A DNA stretch of 60,058 nucleotides, taken from NCBI GenBank assembly GCA_038062875.1, contig JBBTWF010000007.1, forward strand, positions 1-60,058, read 5' to 3'. Source of the stretch: Patescibacteria group bacterium (GTDB taxonomy: Bacteria > Patescibacteriota > Minisyncoccia > UBA6257 > UBA9933). This document shows, piece after piece, positions 11,948-23,169 of the stretch. Under the pieces are notes generated by a model. The model did no database searches, had not been told where the DNA came from, and was given only the letters and a program-made list of their open reading frames with translations. Position 1 is the stretch's first letter. Each line of letters begins with the position of its first letter. Made by a program: the position numbers and the translations under genes.

Positions 11948-11983
11948 CCCGGTTTGATTTCTAATATTGAAAATCAACCGGGC
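11946..11983. terminator. Intrinsic terminator hairpin between convergent genes
   Basis: AGCCCGGTT...AACCGGGCT inverted repeat. Confidence 0.55.
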
Positions 11984-11987
11984 TTAT

Positions 11988-13550
<1,563 letters not shown>

Positions 13551-13564
13551 AAATTTATTTTAAC

Positions 13565-13978
13565 ATGGCAGAATTAAATCCACAAAAATTTGAACAGAGC
13601 GCCTTAGAGGCCGATATTGAAAGATTAAGTAAGGAAATTATTGAGAAACGGAATTTACTTGAGCACAAAGAACTTTCGGAAAGAGAATTAGTGAAACAAG
13701 CGCTTCGGCCACTGGTTAGACAAGTACTAACACAATCGACTACACCAGCGGCGCAGTCAACTGCGCCAGTCGGAGAATCAATTCTACCCGACTACCTTAA
13801 AGATTCGCCGGCGGAAATTAAACTTCAGGTTGAAAAACTCGTTGATTCGGTTTTTCATCAAGGGATTGAGAAAACCGCAAAACAAGCCAGACAAGCCGGC
13901 GCCTTTATTTTAGACGCTTTTCATGACGCCTTAACCGATAAACTATACGAGGAATTAAAGAAAAGAAAGTTAATATAG
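13565..13978 (+). CDS. Conserved hypothetical protein
   Basis: Clean ORF coupled to the downstream ATPase; LDAFHDAL motif. Confidence 0.75.
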   Translation: MAELNPQKFEQSALEADIERLSKEIIEKRNLLEHKELSERELVKQALRPLVRQVLTQSTTPAAQSTAPVGESILPDYLKDSPAEIKLQVEKLVDSVFHQGIEKTAKQARQAGAFILDAFHDALTDKLYEELKKRKLI

Positions 13979-13981
13979 CTT

Positions 13982-16369
13982 ATGTCTATTTATTTTGTAA
14001 TATTTATCATTGTTATTGTCATCATTATTGTTGCTGCCGCTTTATTTTTTATTTCTAAAAATTTGAGGCGGAATCGATTATCACAGGCGCTTGATTTAAA
14101 ACTTCTTTTAATCCGTTTGCCAAAAAAACAGCCAAAGGATTTGTCCGCTGAAGGCAAACAATCCGCTGATTGGAAAAACGAAATTAATCTTTCGGCCCAG
14201 CTTTTCGGAATTTTAGCCGGACTTAAATCGCCGTTTTGTCTGGAAGCCGCTGTTCATCATATCGGCGAAGAAATACATTTTTACGTTGCCGCGCCAAGAA
14301 AATCACTTGAATCGGTCAGCCGACAGATTGAGGGGTTATGGAAAGACGCTCAAGTGGAACAGGTTGAGGATTATAATATTTTCAATTCCAGCGGAATTTC
14401 ACAAGGCGTTTACTTAAAACAAAAAATTTCTTACGCTTTGTCTTTCAGAACTTACAGCGAAGCGGAACTGGACACTTTCGCCCCGATTCTCAACGGTCTT
14501 TCAAAAATTAACGAAATAGGGGAGGGCGCGGCGATTCAAATCCTCGCCAAACCGGCGCCTGAATCCGCCAAAAAAACCATATTCGGAATGATAACCTCTC
14601 TTAAAAAAGGCGCCAAACTGAACGAAACGCTTAATGGAAAATTCATCAGCGTTAAAGATATTCATGAAGCCATTAACCCGAAAAACCAGAAAGAAAAAGA
14701 TAAAATTAAAGAAGAAAAAATCATTGACGAAGAAGCGGTAAAATCCTTAGAAAATAAAATCAGCAAGCCGCTCTTGGCGGTTAACGCGAGAATCATTGTT
14801 TCCGCTTTTAATTCGGCGCAAGCTGAATCAATTTTAGAAGGCCTCACCGCCGTTTTTTCGCAATTCAGCGCTCCTCTCCGCAATGAAATTAAAATTATTA
14901 AGCCAGTCGATAGTAAAAAAATTGCTTATCAATTTTCCTTCATGGAATTTGATGATTCGCAGACAATGGTTCTTAATACTGAAGAATTGGCGAGTTTTTT
15001 CCATTTGCCGGCTTCCACAACCGATATTCCGAGAATAAAATGGCTGAAATCAAAAGAAGCGGCTCCGCCGACAAATCTGCCTGACAAAGGCATAATAATC
15101 GGCGAAAGCGTCTTTCGCAACGAGCGAAAACCGATTTATATTACCGATGACGACCGCCGCCGGCATATTTATATCATCGGCCAAACAGGAACCGGTAAAT
15201 CAACCTTAATAACCAATATGGCGGTTAGCGATATTAATCAAGGCAAAGGAGTCGCGGTTATCGATCCTCACGGCGATTTAATAGAAAAAATTTTAGCGCG
15301 GATTCCCAAAGAGCGGCTTGATGATGTAATTTATTTTGACCCCTCGGATATGCAAAGACCGCTGGGTTTAAATATGCTTGAATATGATTTTAACCGGCCC
15401 GAAGAAAAAACTTTCATTGTCAATGAGATGCAAAGTATTTTAAACAAGCTTTTTATTGCCGAAACAATGGGACCGATGTTTGAGCAATATATGAGAAACG
15501 CCCTGCTTTTACTTATGGAAGACGCGCCGAACGAACCCGCGACCATAATGGAAATTGCCAGAGTTTTTACCGATGTCGATTTTCGCCAAAGGAAATTGTC
15601 TCGAATCAAGAATCCGGCGGTTATTGATTTTTGGGAAAAAGAGGCGATTAAAGCCGGCGGAGAAGCGTCTTTGGCGAATATGACGCCATATATCACCTCT
15701 AAATTCAATAATTTCACGTCTAATGATTATATGAGACCCATTATCGGTCAGCCGAAATCAGCTTTTAATTTTCGCCAAGTAATGGACCAAGGGAAAATTC
15801 TATTGGTTAATTTGTCAAAAGGCAAAATAGGGGAGATTAACGCCGGTTTGCTTGGAATGGTTATCGCCGGTAAAATTTTAATGGCGGCTTTGTCGCGGGT
15901 TGACGAGCCGGAAAGCAAACGCCGGGATTTTAATCTTTATATTGACGAATTTCAAAATTTCACCACTGATTCAATTTCAACGATTCTATCCGAAGCGCGG
16001 AAATATCGGCTCAATCTGATTATTGCCCATCAATTTGTCGCTCAGCTTGAAGAAAAAATCCGGGACGCGGTTTTCGGCAATGTTGGTTCAATTATCGCTT
16101 TTCGCGTCGGAGTTCAAGACACGGAATTATTGGTTAAACAATTCGAACCGGTATTTAACGAGAACGACTTGCTTAATATTGATAATTTTAACGCCTACGC
16201 GAAGCTTTTAATTAACGGCCAGACATCAAAGCCGTTTAACATAAAAACCTTGCCTTCGGAAATCGGCCAGGAAGAAACAGCTGATAAATTAAAAGAATTA
16301 TCCTGTCTCAAATACGGCCGCGACCGGCAAGAAGTAGAGGAAGAAATTTTGAAAAGATTAAGAGAGTAA
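13982..16369 (+). CDS. VirD4/TraG-HerA-like DNA-translocating ATPase with N-terminal membrane anchor
   Basis: DRRRHIYIIGQTGTGKS, IDPHGD, YIDEFQNF, SEARKYRL..AHQ. Confidence 0.88.
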   Translation: MSIYFVIFIIVIVIIIVAAALFFISKNLRRNRLSQALDLKLLLIRLPKKQPKDLSAEGKQSADWKNEINLSAQLFGILAGLKSPFCLEAAVHHIGEEIHFYVAAPRKSLESVSRQIEGLWKDAQVEQVEDYNIFNSSGISQGVYLKQKISYALSFRTYSEAELDTFAPILNGLSKINEIGEGAAIQILAKPAPESAKKTIFGMITSLKKGAKLNETLNGKFISVKDIHEAINPKNQKEKDKIKEEKIIDEEAVKSLENKISKPLLAVNARIIVSAFNSAQAESILEGLTAVFSQFSAPLRNEIKIIKPVDSKKIAYQFSFMEFDDSQTMVLNTEELASFFHLPASTTDIPRIKWLKSKEAAPPTNLPDKGIIIGESVFRNERKPIYITDDDRRRHIYIIGQTGTGKSTLITNMAVSDINQGKGVAVIDPHGDLIEKILARIPKERLDDVIYFDPSDMQRPLGLNMLEYDFNRPEEKTFIVNEMQSILNKLFIAETMGPMFEQYMRNALLLLMEDAPNEPATIMEIARVFTDVDFRQRKLSRIKNPAVIDFWEKEAIKAGGEASLANMTPYITSKFNNFTSNDYMRPIIGQPKSAFNFRQVMDQGKILLVNLSKGKIGEINAGLLGMVIAGKILMAALSRVDEPESKRRDFNLYIDEFQNFTTDSISTILSEARKYRLNLIIAHQFVAQLEEKIRDAVFGNVGSIIAFRVGVQDTELLVKQFEPVFNENDLLNIDNFNAYAKLLINGQTSKPFNIKTLPSEIGQEETADKLKELSCLKYGRDRQEVEEEILKRLRE

Positions 16370-16405
16370 ATTGACTTTTCTATTGTGAGTATTATCATAT
16401 ATAAT

Positions 16406-17326
16406 ATGAAATTTGAAAGTTTAGACAATTTAAAACCCAAAGAAATAACGGAAAAAGAGGCCCAAGATTCAGAAAATATGGAAGAAATAGCGGAAGAATT
16501 AGAAGAAGATAAATTAAAAGATAAAACTGAATCTGTAAAAATAGCGGAAGAATTATCTGAAGTATCTGAGCAAGAACTTATAAATCCGGAGCTTAGAAAA
16601 ATAGAGGACGAAAGAAATGCCATAAGAAAAGAAATGGATCTTTTATTAAATGAGTCGGTTGATTTTAGAATCGGACTTAATAGGATAAGAACTCCTGAGT
16701 TATTTATAAAAAGAGATAAAGAAGGGAAAATTATTTATCTGAAATCTAATCTTGAGCAACCTGAAGGTCTGTTGGGAGAAAAATTAAACAATAAAAATCC
16801 TGAATATAATACTAAAAAATATTATGATAATGTTGAATTTCAAAAAATTGTAGATAAGTTTTTAGATTTAAAAAAGTCCAAAGAGGAGTTAGGTATTGAA
16901 TCTGAAAAAATAATGGAAGCCAAGAGACTTTTATATAAAAAAGGCGAGAATATCAATTCATTTCTTGAAAAAGCTGGTTTAAGCGTTAGAGTTGATGAAG
17001 ATTTTAATATCGAAGGTCTTTTGCATAAAGCAAATCTGACAGAAAATTTGCAAGGATTTAAAAAAATTATTAAAAAAATTTACGAAACTGCTGACATATT
17101 CGCTGATATAGAAATATCAAAAGATCAAGAGAAAGATTTTGGTAAGGATTTAACGATAATTGAGAGAATATTATTACGAGCAAGTGTGGATGTAGGAAAT
17201 ATAGCAAATAAAAAGGTAAAATTCCCTCAGGATATCAAAGAAAGTATTGCAGAAGAAACTAGATTTGCGTATAAATGGTTTGAACAGTTCAGATCGCAAC
17301 GTGAGCCATATACGATTAAGAAATAA
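16406..17326 (+). CDS. Hypothetical acidic helical protein
   Basis: Long ORF; TTGACT 16371-16376 upstream; terminator after it. Confidence 0.7.
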   Translation: MKFESLDNLKPKEITEKEAQDSENMEEIAEELEEDKLKDKTESVKIAEELSEVSEQELINPELRKIEDERNAIRKEMDLLLNESVDFRIGLNRIRTPELFIKRDKEGKIIYLKSNLEQPEGLLGEKLNNKNPEYNTKKYYDNVEFQKIVDKFLDLKKSKEELGIESEKIMEAKRLLYKKGENINSFLEKAGLSVRVDEDFNIEGLLHKANLTENLQGFKKIIKKIYETADIFADIEISKDQEKDFGKDLTIIERILLRASVDVGNIANKKVKFPQDIKESIAEETRFAYKWFEQFRSQREPYTIKK

Positions 17327-17354
17327 ATAAGTAAAATAGTTTATATCACTGTAT

Positions 17355-17395
17355 TAAACGCCTCAATCATACTATTTTAGGCGTTTATTTTTATT
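17355..17395 (+). terminator. Intrinsic terminator
   Basis: TAAACGCCT...AGGCGTTTA followed by a T-run. Confidence 0.55.
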
Positions 17396-17432
17396 GTTTT
17401 TTATGATAAACTTTTTGTATAATATAATTTAC

Positions 17433-17504
17433 GCCGAAGTAGCTCAGTGGCAGAGCAGAGCTTTCGTAAAGCTAAGGTCGTGGGTTCAAGTCCCACCTTC
17501 GGCT
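17433..17504 (+). tRNA. tRNA-Thr(CGT)
   Basis: GCCGAAG/CTTCGGC acceptor stem, AGCTCAGTGG D-arm, anticodon loop TTCGTAA, GGTTCAAGTCC T-arm; CCA not encoded. Confidence 0.93.
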
Positions 17505-17508
17505 TAAT

Positions 17509-18529
17509 ATGAACGAAAATCTACCGCAGCAAATTAATGAACTAAAAGAGCTGGCCCGGCGCTTAGCCGGGCGGCTTTGACGTTGAAACCAAAAAAATCC
17601 GTCTTAAGGAACTTGGATTTGAATTAAACGATCCGGATCTGTGGAAGAATCGGGAATTTGCCGACGCCAAAATAAAAGAAATGGGCGAATTGAAAAATTT
17701 AATTGACCGTTTTGATGAAATTAACAAAGGATTGGCGGAATTGGAAACGATTCAAGACGAAGATAAATTTTATAAAATTAAGAAAAAGATTTCGCAGATT
17801 GAAATTGAACGATTATTTTTAGGAAAATACGACAAAGGACCTGCGATACTTTCAATTTATTCTGGAGCCGGCGGACAAGACGCTGAGGACTGGGCAACAA
17901 TGCTTTACGAAATGTATTCAAAATACGCCGAAAAGAAAAAATGGGAAGTAAAAGAAATTGACGAAAAGACATTGGAAATTAAAGGAGATTACGTTTACGG
18001 TTATCTCAAAAAAGAAGCCGGAGTGCACCGTTTAGTAAGAATTTCTCCTTTTTCGCCGGAAAAGAAAAGACACACTTCTTTCGCTTTAGTTGAAGTTCTG
18101 CCGGAATTGCCGGAAATAGAAGGAAAGAAAATTGAAATTCCAGCCGAGGACTTAAGAATAGAACTTTCCCGGGCAGGTGGCCCAGGCGGCCAAAATGTCA
18201 ATAAAGTTGAAACCGCGGTAAGGATCGTTCATTTGCCGACAGGAGTTGTCGCCGCTTCAAGAGCCGAACGTTCTCAAAACCAAAATCGCGAAAAAGCCCT
18301 TAAACTTCTTAAAACAAAACTATTTAAATTGATGGAAGAAAAACAAGCAAAAGAATTGAGCCAGCTTCGAACTAAAGTAAAACCGGAGTGGGGGAGTCAA
18401 ATGCGTTCTTACGTGTTAAATCCGTATAAATTAGTCAAAGACCACAGAACCGACATTGAAACAACGCAGGTTGAAAAAGTGCTGGAAGGGGAGTTGGATT
18501 TATTTGTGGAGAATGATATAATAAAATAA
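17509..18529 (+). CDS. prfB: Peptide chain release factor 2 with programmed +1 frameshift
   Basis: ATG 17509 runs to CTT-TGA-C (17575-17581); the +1 frame GAC GTT GAA... is continuous with the ORF containing SPF and GGQ. Confidence 0.95.
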
Positions 18530-18531
18530 TA

Positions 18532-19215
18532 ATGATTACTTTTCAAAACATTTCCAAAATTTATAATCATAATTCAACGGCATTGGAAGACGTAAGTTTT
18601 AAAATTGAACCGAAAGAATTTATTTCTTTAGTAGGAAGGTCTGGAGCCGGCAAATCAACTATTATCAAACTGTTAATCGGCGAAGAAAAACCGAGTAAAG
18701 GGAGAGTGATTTTTGATTCTTACGATGTTAATAAATTAAAAAATAAAGAACTGCCTAAATTAAGAAGGCGCATCGGCGTTATTTTCCAGGACTTTCGTCT
18801 TTTGCCGAATAAAACCGCTTATGAAAATATAGCTTTTGCCTTGGAAGTTGCCGGACGACCCAATCGCGATATTGTTGAATTTGTTCCTCAAGCCCTGGAA
18901 ATGGTTGGTTTAAAAAACAAAGCCAATAATTTTCCAAAAGAGCTTTCCGGCGGAGAAAAACAAAGAATAGCCATTGCCAGAGCAATGATTAATCATCCAG
19001 ACGTTATTGTCGCTGACGAACCAACCGGAAATTTAGACCCGCTTAACACCAGAGAAATCATCAGGTTGCTGTTAAAAATCAATGAACTGGGCACCACTAT
19101 GATTTTAGCCACTCACAACAAAGAAATCATAAACCAGCTCGATAGGCGCGTAATCAGTTTGGAAGACGGTAAAGTTATTAGAGACGAGAAAAACGGGAAA
19201 TATATATTAACGTAA
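18532..19215 (+). CDS. ftsE: Cell division ATP-binding protein
   Basis: GRSGAGKS, FQDFRLL, LSGGEKQR, ADEPTGNLD; adjacent to ftsX. Confidence 0.93.
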   Translation: MITFQNISKIYNHNSTALEDVSFKIEPKEFISLVGRSGAGKSTIIKLLIGEEKPSKGRVIFDSYDVNKLKNKELPKLRRRIGVIFQDFRLLPNKTAYENIAFALEVAGRPNRDIVEFVPQALEMVGLKNKANNFPKELSGGEKQRIAIARAMINHPDVIVADEPTGNLDPLNTREIIRLLLKINELGTTMILATHNKEIINQLDRRVISLEDGKVIRDEKNGKYILT

Positions 19216-19218
19216 CGA

Positions 19219-19288
19219 GAATATAGAATATAGAATTTAGGGATAAAAATTCCCTAAATCCTAAATCCTAAATCCTAAATTCTAAATT
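19219..19288. repeat. Inverted arrays of heptamer tandem repeats
   Basis: (GAATATA/GAATTTA)n followed by (CCTAAAT)n between ftsE and ftsX. Confidence 0.8.
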
Positions 19289-20195
19289 GTTCACAGCTTT
19301 ATCAAGAATAATTAAATATGGACTTCAAGGATTTTGGCGCAATGGCTGGCTTTCAACTACAACTATTCTTATTATGGTTTTGGCTTTAATTGTTTTTGAA
19401 GGATTGATAATTTTCAATATCTTAGCCGAAACAGCGCGTCAATCCGTTCAAGATAAAATCGATATCAGCGTTTATTTCAAACTTGATACTTCAGAAGACG
19501 ATATTCTTAAAATTAAAAATTCCTTGGAGACATTATCTGAAGTAAAAACCGTTGAATATATTTCTCGAGACAAAGCGATGGCTATTTTCCAAGAACGCCA
19601 CAAAGACGAAGAACTGATTTCTCAAGCTCTTAATGAATTAGAGGAGAATCCTTTAGCCGCCTCGCTTAATATTAAAGCTCATAATCCCGAAGAATATGCC
19701 GCTATCGCCGGATATCTTGACAATGATTCCCTAAAAAATTCCATCAGCAAAGTCACTTACGCTCAAAACGCCGTAGTTATTAACCGTTTGACGAAAATTA
19801 TTAATGTCTCGAAAAAAGTAGTGTTAATTTTAACGATTTTCTTGGCTTTTATCGCCGCGGTGGTGACTTTTAACACTATTCGGCTGGCTATTTATTCAAA
19901 CCGCGAGGAAATCGGAATTATGCGTTTTGTTGGAGCTTCCAACGCTTTTGTCAGAGGACCCTATATGGTGGAGGGAATAATTTACGGTCTTATTGCTTCC
20001 TTGTTAAGTATTTTAATCTTGACGCCAATTGTTTATTTCGCCGCTCCTTATATTGAAATTTTCGTATCAGGAACGAATCTTTGGGATTACTTTATTTCTA
20101 ATTTGGCAAAACTTTTTGGCTATCAAATGATTTTTGGCGTTGCTTTAGGCGCAGTCTCCAGTTTTATAGCGATAAGAAAATATCTTAAGATATAA
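19287..20195 (+). CDS. ftsX: Cell division permease
   Basis: FNTIRLAIY..REEIGIMRFVGAS..FVRGP; four transmembrane helices. Confidence 0.92.
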   Translation: MFTALSRIIKYGLQGFWRNGWLSTTTILIMVLALIVFEGLIIFNILAETARQSVQDKIDISVYFKLDTSEDDILKIKNSLETLSEVKTVEYISRDKAMAIFQERHKDEELISQALNELEENPLAASLNIKAHNPEEYAAIAGYLDNDSLKNSISKVTYAQNAVVINRLTKIINVSKKVVLILTIFLAFIAAVVTFNTIRLAIYSNREEIGIMRFVGASNAFVRGPYMVEGIIYGLIASLLSILILTPIVYFAAPYIEIFVSGTNLWDYFISNLAKLFGYQMIFGVALGAVSSFIAIRKYLKI

Positions 20196-20202
20196 ATTTT
20201 CA

Positions 20203-20388
20203 ATGTCCATTAAGGAAAAATACTATCTCCTTAGATACCATACTCAAGAATGGACAAAGGAATATAAAAAAGATATTTTTCTTTTTCTTTTAATTTTTTT
20301 AATCAGCTCTTTAAGCTTTGGTTTGGGCTATTTAGTCAACCGTGAATTCAACCATAGTCCGATTATGATTGAAAAGTGCGCCGATTAA
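20203..20388 (+). CDS. Small single-pass membrane protein
   Basis: One transmembrane helix; follows ftsX. Confidence 0.6.
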   Translation: MSIKEKYYLLRYHTQEWTKEYKKDIFLFLLIFLISSLSFGLGYLVNREFNHSPIMIEKCAD

Positions 20389-21158
20389 AGATACCCCACC
20401 TGTTTTAACCAGTAGTCGTTTTCCCATTCCCAAAGTTTTTTCGCGCCCAAAAACGCCTTAAAATCCTCTTGCCAGTAAGGGAATTCCTGCAATTCAACTT
20501 CTCCTTTAAGAGCAGACCATTCATGTTCGCAATTTTTCGCGCCGTTTGGATAGCCGTTTTTTTTCCACGGCAATTTCACTTTTTTCCGACCGCCTTTTTC
20601 ACGAAGAATGGAACCGCATTTAATGCAAGTTTTATTTTGGTCGATTCTTAAAATCCAGCGCGTTTGAAGATTATCAAAATCCTTTTGAAGCGCCCCCATA
20701 TAAGCCGATGTTTGAAGATTATAATCCCGATAAATCGCCTGCGAGGTTTTAATATCCAAAACCCCGAATTTGCCGTCAATTAGAGCCAATGCGTCTAATG
20801 TGCCGGCATAACGTTCATCGTGGTTAACAACTTGTTTTTCAATACATTCCGAATCAACTTGAATATTTTTTTCATTAATAAAATTTAAAAAAGCGTTAAA
20901 CGCAGGCATAATTTTTTCTTCGACTTGCGGTATTTCGCCCCTAAATACTTTTTCAACCGCTTCATGGATAGCGGTGCCTTCGCTGGCTGATTGTTTTTTA
21001 ACAGCTTCGCCTTCGGCAAAATTACTCATTTCCGCGTAGAAATAATAAAGAGCCGGCTTGGATTTAATATCAACTATTTTAGTTACTCGCGGGAACCAAA
21101 CGCCGTCAATTTCATATCCGGACATTTCTTTGAAGCGGTCAAGGTTGGAGTAAAACAT
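20385..21158 (-). CDS. PD-(D/E)XK nuclease family protein
   Basis: PRVTKI, GTAIHE, YAGTLD...LDIKTS, LQTSAY. Confidence 0.8.
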   Translation of the reverse strand: MFYSNLDRFKEMSGYEIDGVWFPRVTKIVDIKSKPALYYFYAEMSNFAEGEAVKKQSASEGTAIHEAVEKVFRGEIPQVEEKIMPAFNAFLNFINEKNIQVDSECIEKQVVNHDERYAGTLDALALIDGKFGVLDIKTSQAIYRDYNLQTSAYMGALQKDFDNLQTRWILRIDQNKTCIKCGSILREKGGRKKVKLPWKKNGYPNGAKNCEHEWSALKGEVELQEFPYWQEDFKAFLGAKKLWEWENDYWLKQVGYL

Positions 21159-21162
21159 TGGT

Positions 21163-22560
21163 TTATTTTATCAGTTTATCGGTTAATTTGTAAATGTCGC
21201 CAGCGCCCATCATCACTACAACAACAGGATTTAGAATATAGGATTTAGAATTGAGGATATTTTTAATGATTTTTGGAAGATTTTTAGGATTTTTAAGATA
21301 AAAAACAGAAGGAGATGTTTTTCTTTTTTCAATAACTTCGGCTAATTTTTGAGAGCTATAATTTGAGGTCGAAGGAACCAGCCCTGAGTTTATCGAAGGG
21401 TCGCGACCCGCCACCTTAAAAATATCCAAAAGAATTAAATCGTCCGCTGAGTCAAATGCCTTGGTAAATTCTTTAAATAACGCCTTTAACCGCTTGACTT
21501 GGTGTGGTTGAAAAACACAGATAATCTTTGATTTTGGATATTTTTGACGCACTCCCGATAAAGTAGCTTTAATTTCTGTCGGATGATGGGCGTAGTCGTC
21601 GTATACATCAGCTTTTAGTTTACAGCTTTTAGTTTTTAGTTGACCGCGAAATTCCATACGGCGCCACGCGCCGCGATACTTACCGATGGCGTTAAAAATC
21701 TTTTTCTGATTAATTCCTAAAACCTTAGTCAAGGTATAAACCGCTAAAGCGTTGGACAAATTGTGTTCGCCCGTCACTTTTAGAGTCGCTGACATTCGCC
21801 GACTTAACGCGGACTGACGCGGAAAAATACTATACCAAAATACTCTAAGATTATTTTTCTTGATGATTTTTTGGATTTTATCCCGCAAGCCGAATAAATT
21901 TTTATCATCTTTATTTACAACCAAAATTCCGCCGAACCGAATGTTCCCGATAAATTTCAAAAAAACTTTCTTAATCTCGTTTAAATTTTTATAAACATCC
22001 AGATGCTCACGGTCGATGTTGGTGATAATCGCCGCGACAGGGGAGTAGTTTAAAAAAGATTTTTGATATTCATCAGCTTCTAAAACTAAATAATCGCTTT
22101 TGCCTTTTTTGAAATTACTATTACCGAATTCTTTCAACTTTGTGCCGATAATTACAGTCGGGTCAAAACTGGTATTTTTAAGAACTAACGAGAGTAGAGC
22201 AGTAGTGGTGCTTTTGCCGTGGCTGCCGGATATGGCAATGGTCTTATATTTTTTAGTTAATCCGCCGATTACTTCTGAATACGACTTTATTAGTACGCCT
22301 AAGTCCCGGGCTTTTTGAATTTCAGTATTATCAGAAGCAATAGCCGCGCTATGAATAATAAGACCTATTTTTGAGGTTATATTACCTGTTTTATGGCCTA
22401 TTTTGACCTCTACGCCCTCTTTTTTCAACGACTCGGTAATTTCACTGCTAAACGCGTCTGAACCGCTTATTTTGGCTCCCAAAGCCAAAAAATAGCGCGC
22501 TAAGGCGCTAACTCCAATTCCACCAATACCGATAAAATGAACTATTGACTTTTTATTCAT
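21163..22560 (-). CDS. murC: UDP-N-acetylmuramate--L-alanine ligase
   Basis: HFIGIGGIGVS, GSHGKSTT, EADE, DDYAHHPTE, FQPH. Confidence 0.95.
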   Translation of the reverse strand: MNKKSIVHFIGIGGIGVSALARYFLALGAKISGSDAFSSEITESLKKEGVEVKIGHKTGNITSKIGLIIHSAAIASDNTEIQKARDLGVLIKSYSEVIGGLTKKYKTIAISGSHGKSTTTALLSLVLKNTSFDPTVIIGTKLKEFGNSNFKKGKSDYLVLEADEYQKSFLNYSPVAAIITNIDREHLDVYKNLNEIKKVFLKFIGNIRFGGILVVNKDDKNLFGLRDKIQKIIKKNNLRVFWYSIFPRQSALSRRMSATLKVTGEHNLSNALAVYTLTKVLGINQKKIFNAIGKYRGAWRRMEFRGQLKTKSCKLKADVYDDYAHHPTEIKATLSGVRQKYPKSKIICVFQPHQVKRLKALFKEFTKAFDSADDLILLDIFKVAGRDPSINSGLVPSTSNYSSQKLAEVIEKRKTSPSVFYLKNPKNLPKIIKNILNSKSYILNPVVVVMMGAGDIYKLTDKLIK

Positions 22561-22660
22561 AATGTGCTAAGATTTTAAAAGTAAATAATTGGTGAGATTT
22601 ATCAAGCCATTTATATAGAAATATTAACAAAAAAATAAAGGCAAAGAAAGGAGAAAGGAT

Positions 22661-22852
22661 ATGATGGCAACTATAAAAAATTACTTAACATTCTTGGGTC
22701 TGTTGATATTGATAGTAGGAGTAATAATTTTTATGGTCGTGTCAGTAATAGCTTTGATTTTCGTCTTAAAAAACTTTTTTGTGTTGTTCGTAATAGGGCT
22801 TGCTCTTATGATTCTGGGTACTGAATTTATTAGATGTGGAGTTGGTTATTAA
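22661..22852 (+). CDS. Small two-helix membrane protein (orphan)
   Basis: AAGGAG Shine-Dalgarno; terminator CAGCCAGTA...TACTGGCTG plus T-run at about 22877-22912. Confidence 0.6.
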   Translation: MMATIKNYLTFLGLLILIVGVIIFMVVSVIALIFVLKNFFVLFVIGLALMILGTEFIRCGVGY

Positions 22853-22958
22853 GAGTAAGAGATAGATGTAATAAACAGCCAGTATGTAATTATTCTTACT
22901 GGCTGTCTTTTTGTTTATACAAGTGTCGCACAAGGTTGCTTTTGCGACATTACTATCT

Positions 22959-23138
22959 CTACGATACAAACGATTGTATCAAGTCCGCTATAAACCTTAA
23001 AATATCAATAAAAAGCGTACCAATTGATTTTAATAAGCTTACAATATTATCAGCGACGTGTCCTTCAAACCAATTACTGGTAGCATCCACGAATAATTTA
23101 AATTTTTGAAAAATTTCTTGATAGTTAATATTATTCAT
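22959..23138 (-). CDS. 59-aa hypothetical protein, below the ORF-track cutoff
   Basis: Manual translation MNNINYQEIFQKFKLFVDATSNWFEGHVADNIVSLLKSIGTLFIDILRFIADLIQSFVS*; follows gltX; hairpin TGTCGCA/TGCGACA after the stop. Confidence 0.55.
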   Translation of the reverse strand: MNNINYQEIFQKFKLFVDATSNWFEGHVADNIVSLLKSIGTLFIDILRFIADLIQSFVS

Positions 23139-23169
23139 AATTTAAGTATCAAGCGTCAAATATCAAGTG

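Noticed and set aside
13982-16369. Conjugative element (ICE) around the VirD4-like ATPase
   Set aside because: No relaxase, VirB4 or integrase nearby; such ATPases are common chromosomal genes in CPR
20385-21158. Cas4 or CRISPR adaptation gene
   Set aside because: Generic PD-(D/E)XK nuclease in an operon with murC; no cas context
22766-23109. ORFs 22766-22969 (-) and 22834-23109 (+)
   Set aside because: They cross terminator hairpins and overlap better-supported small ORFs
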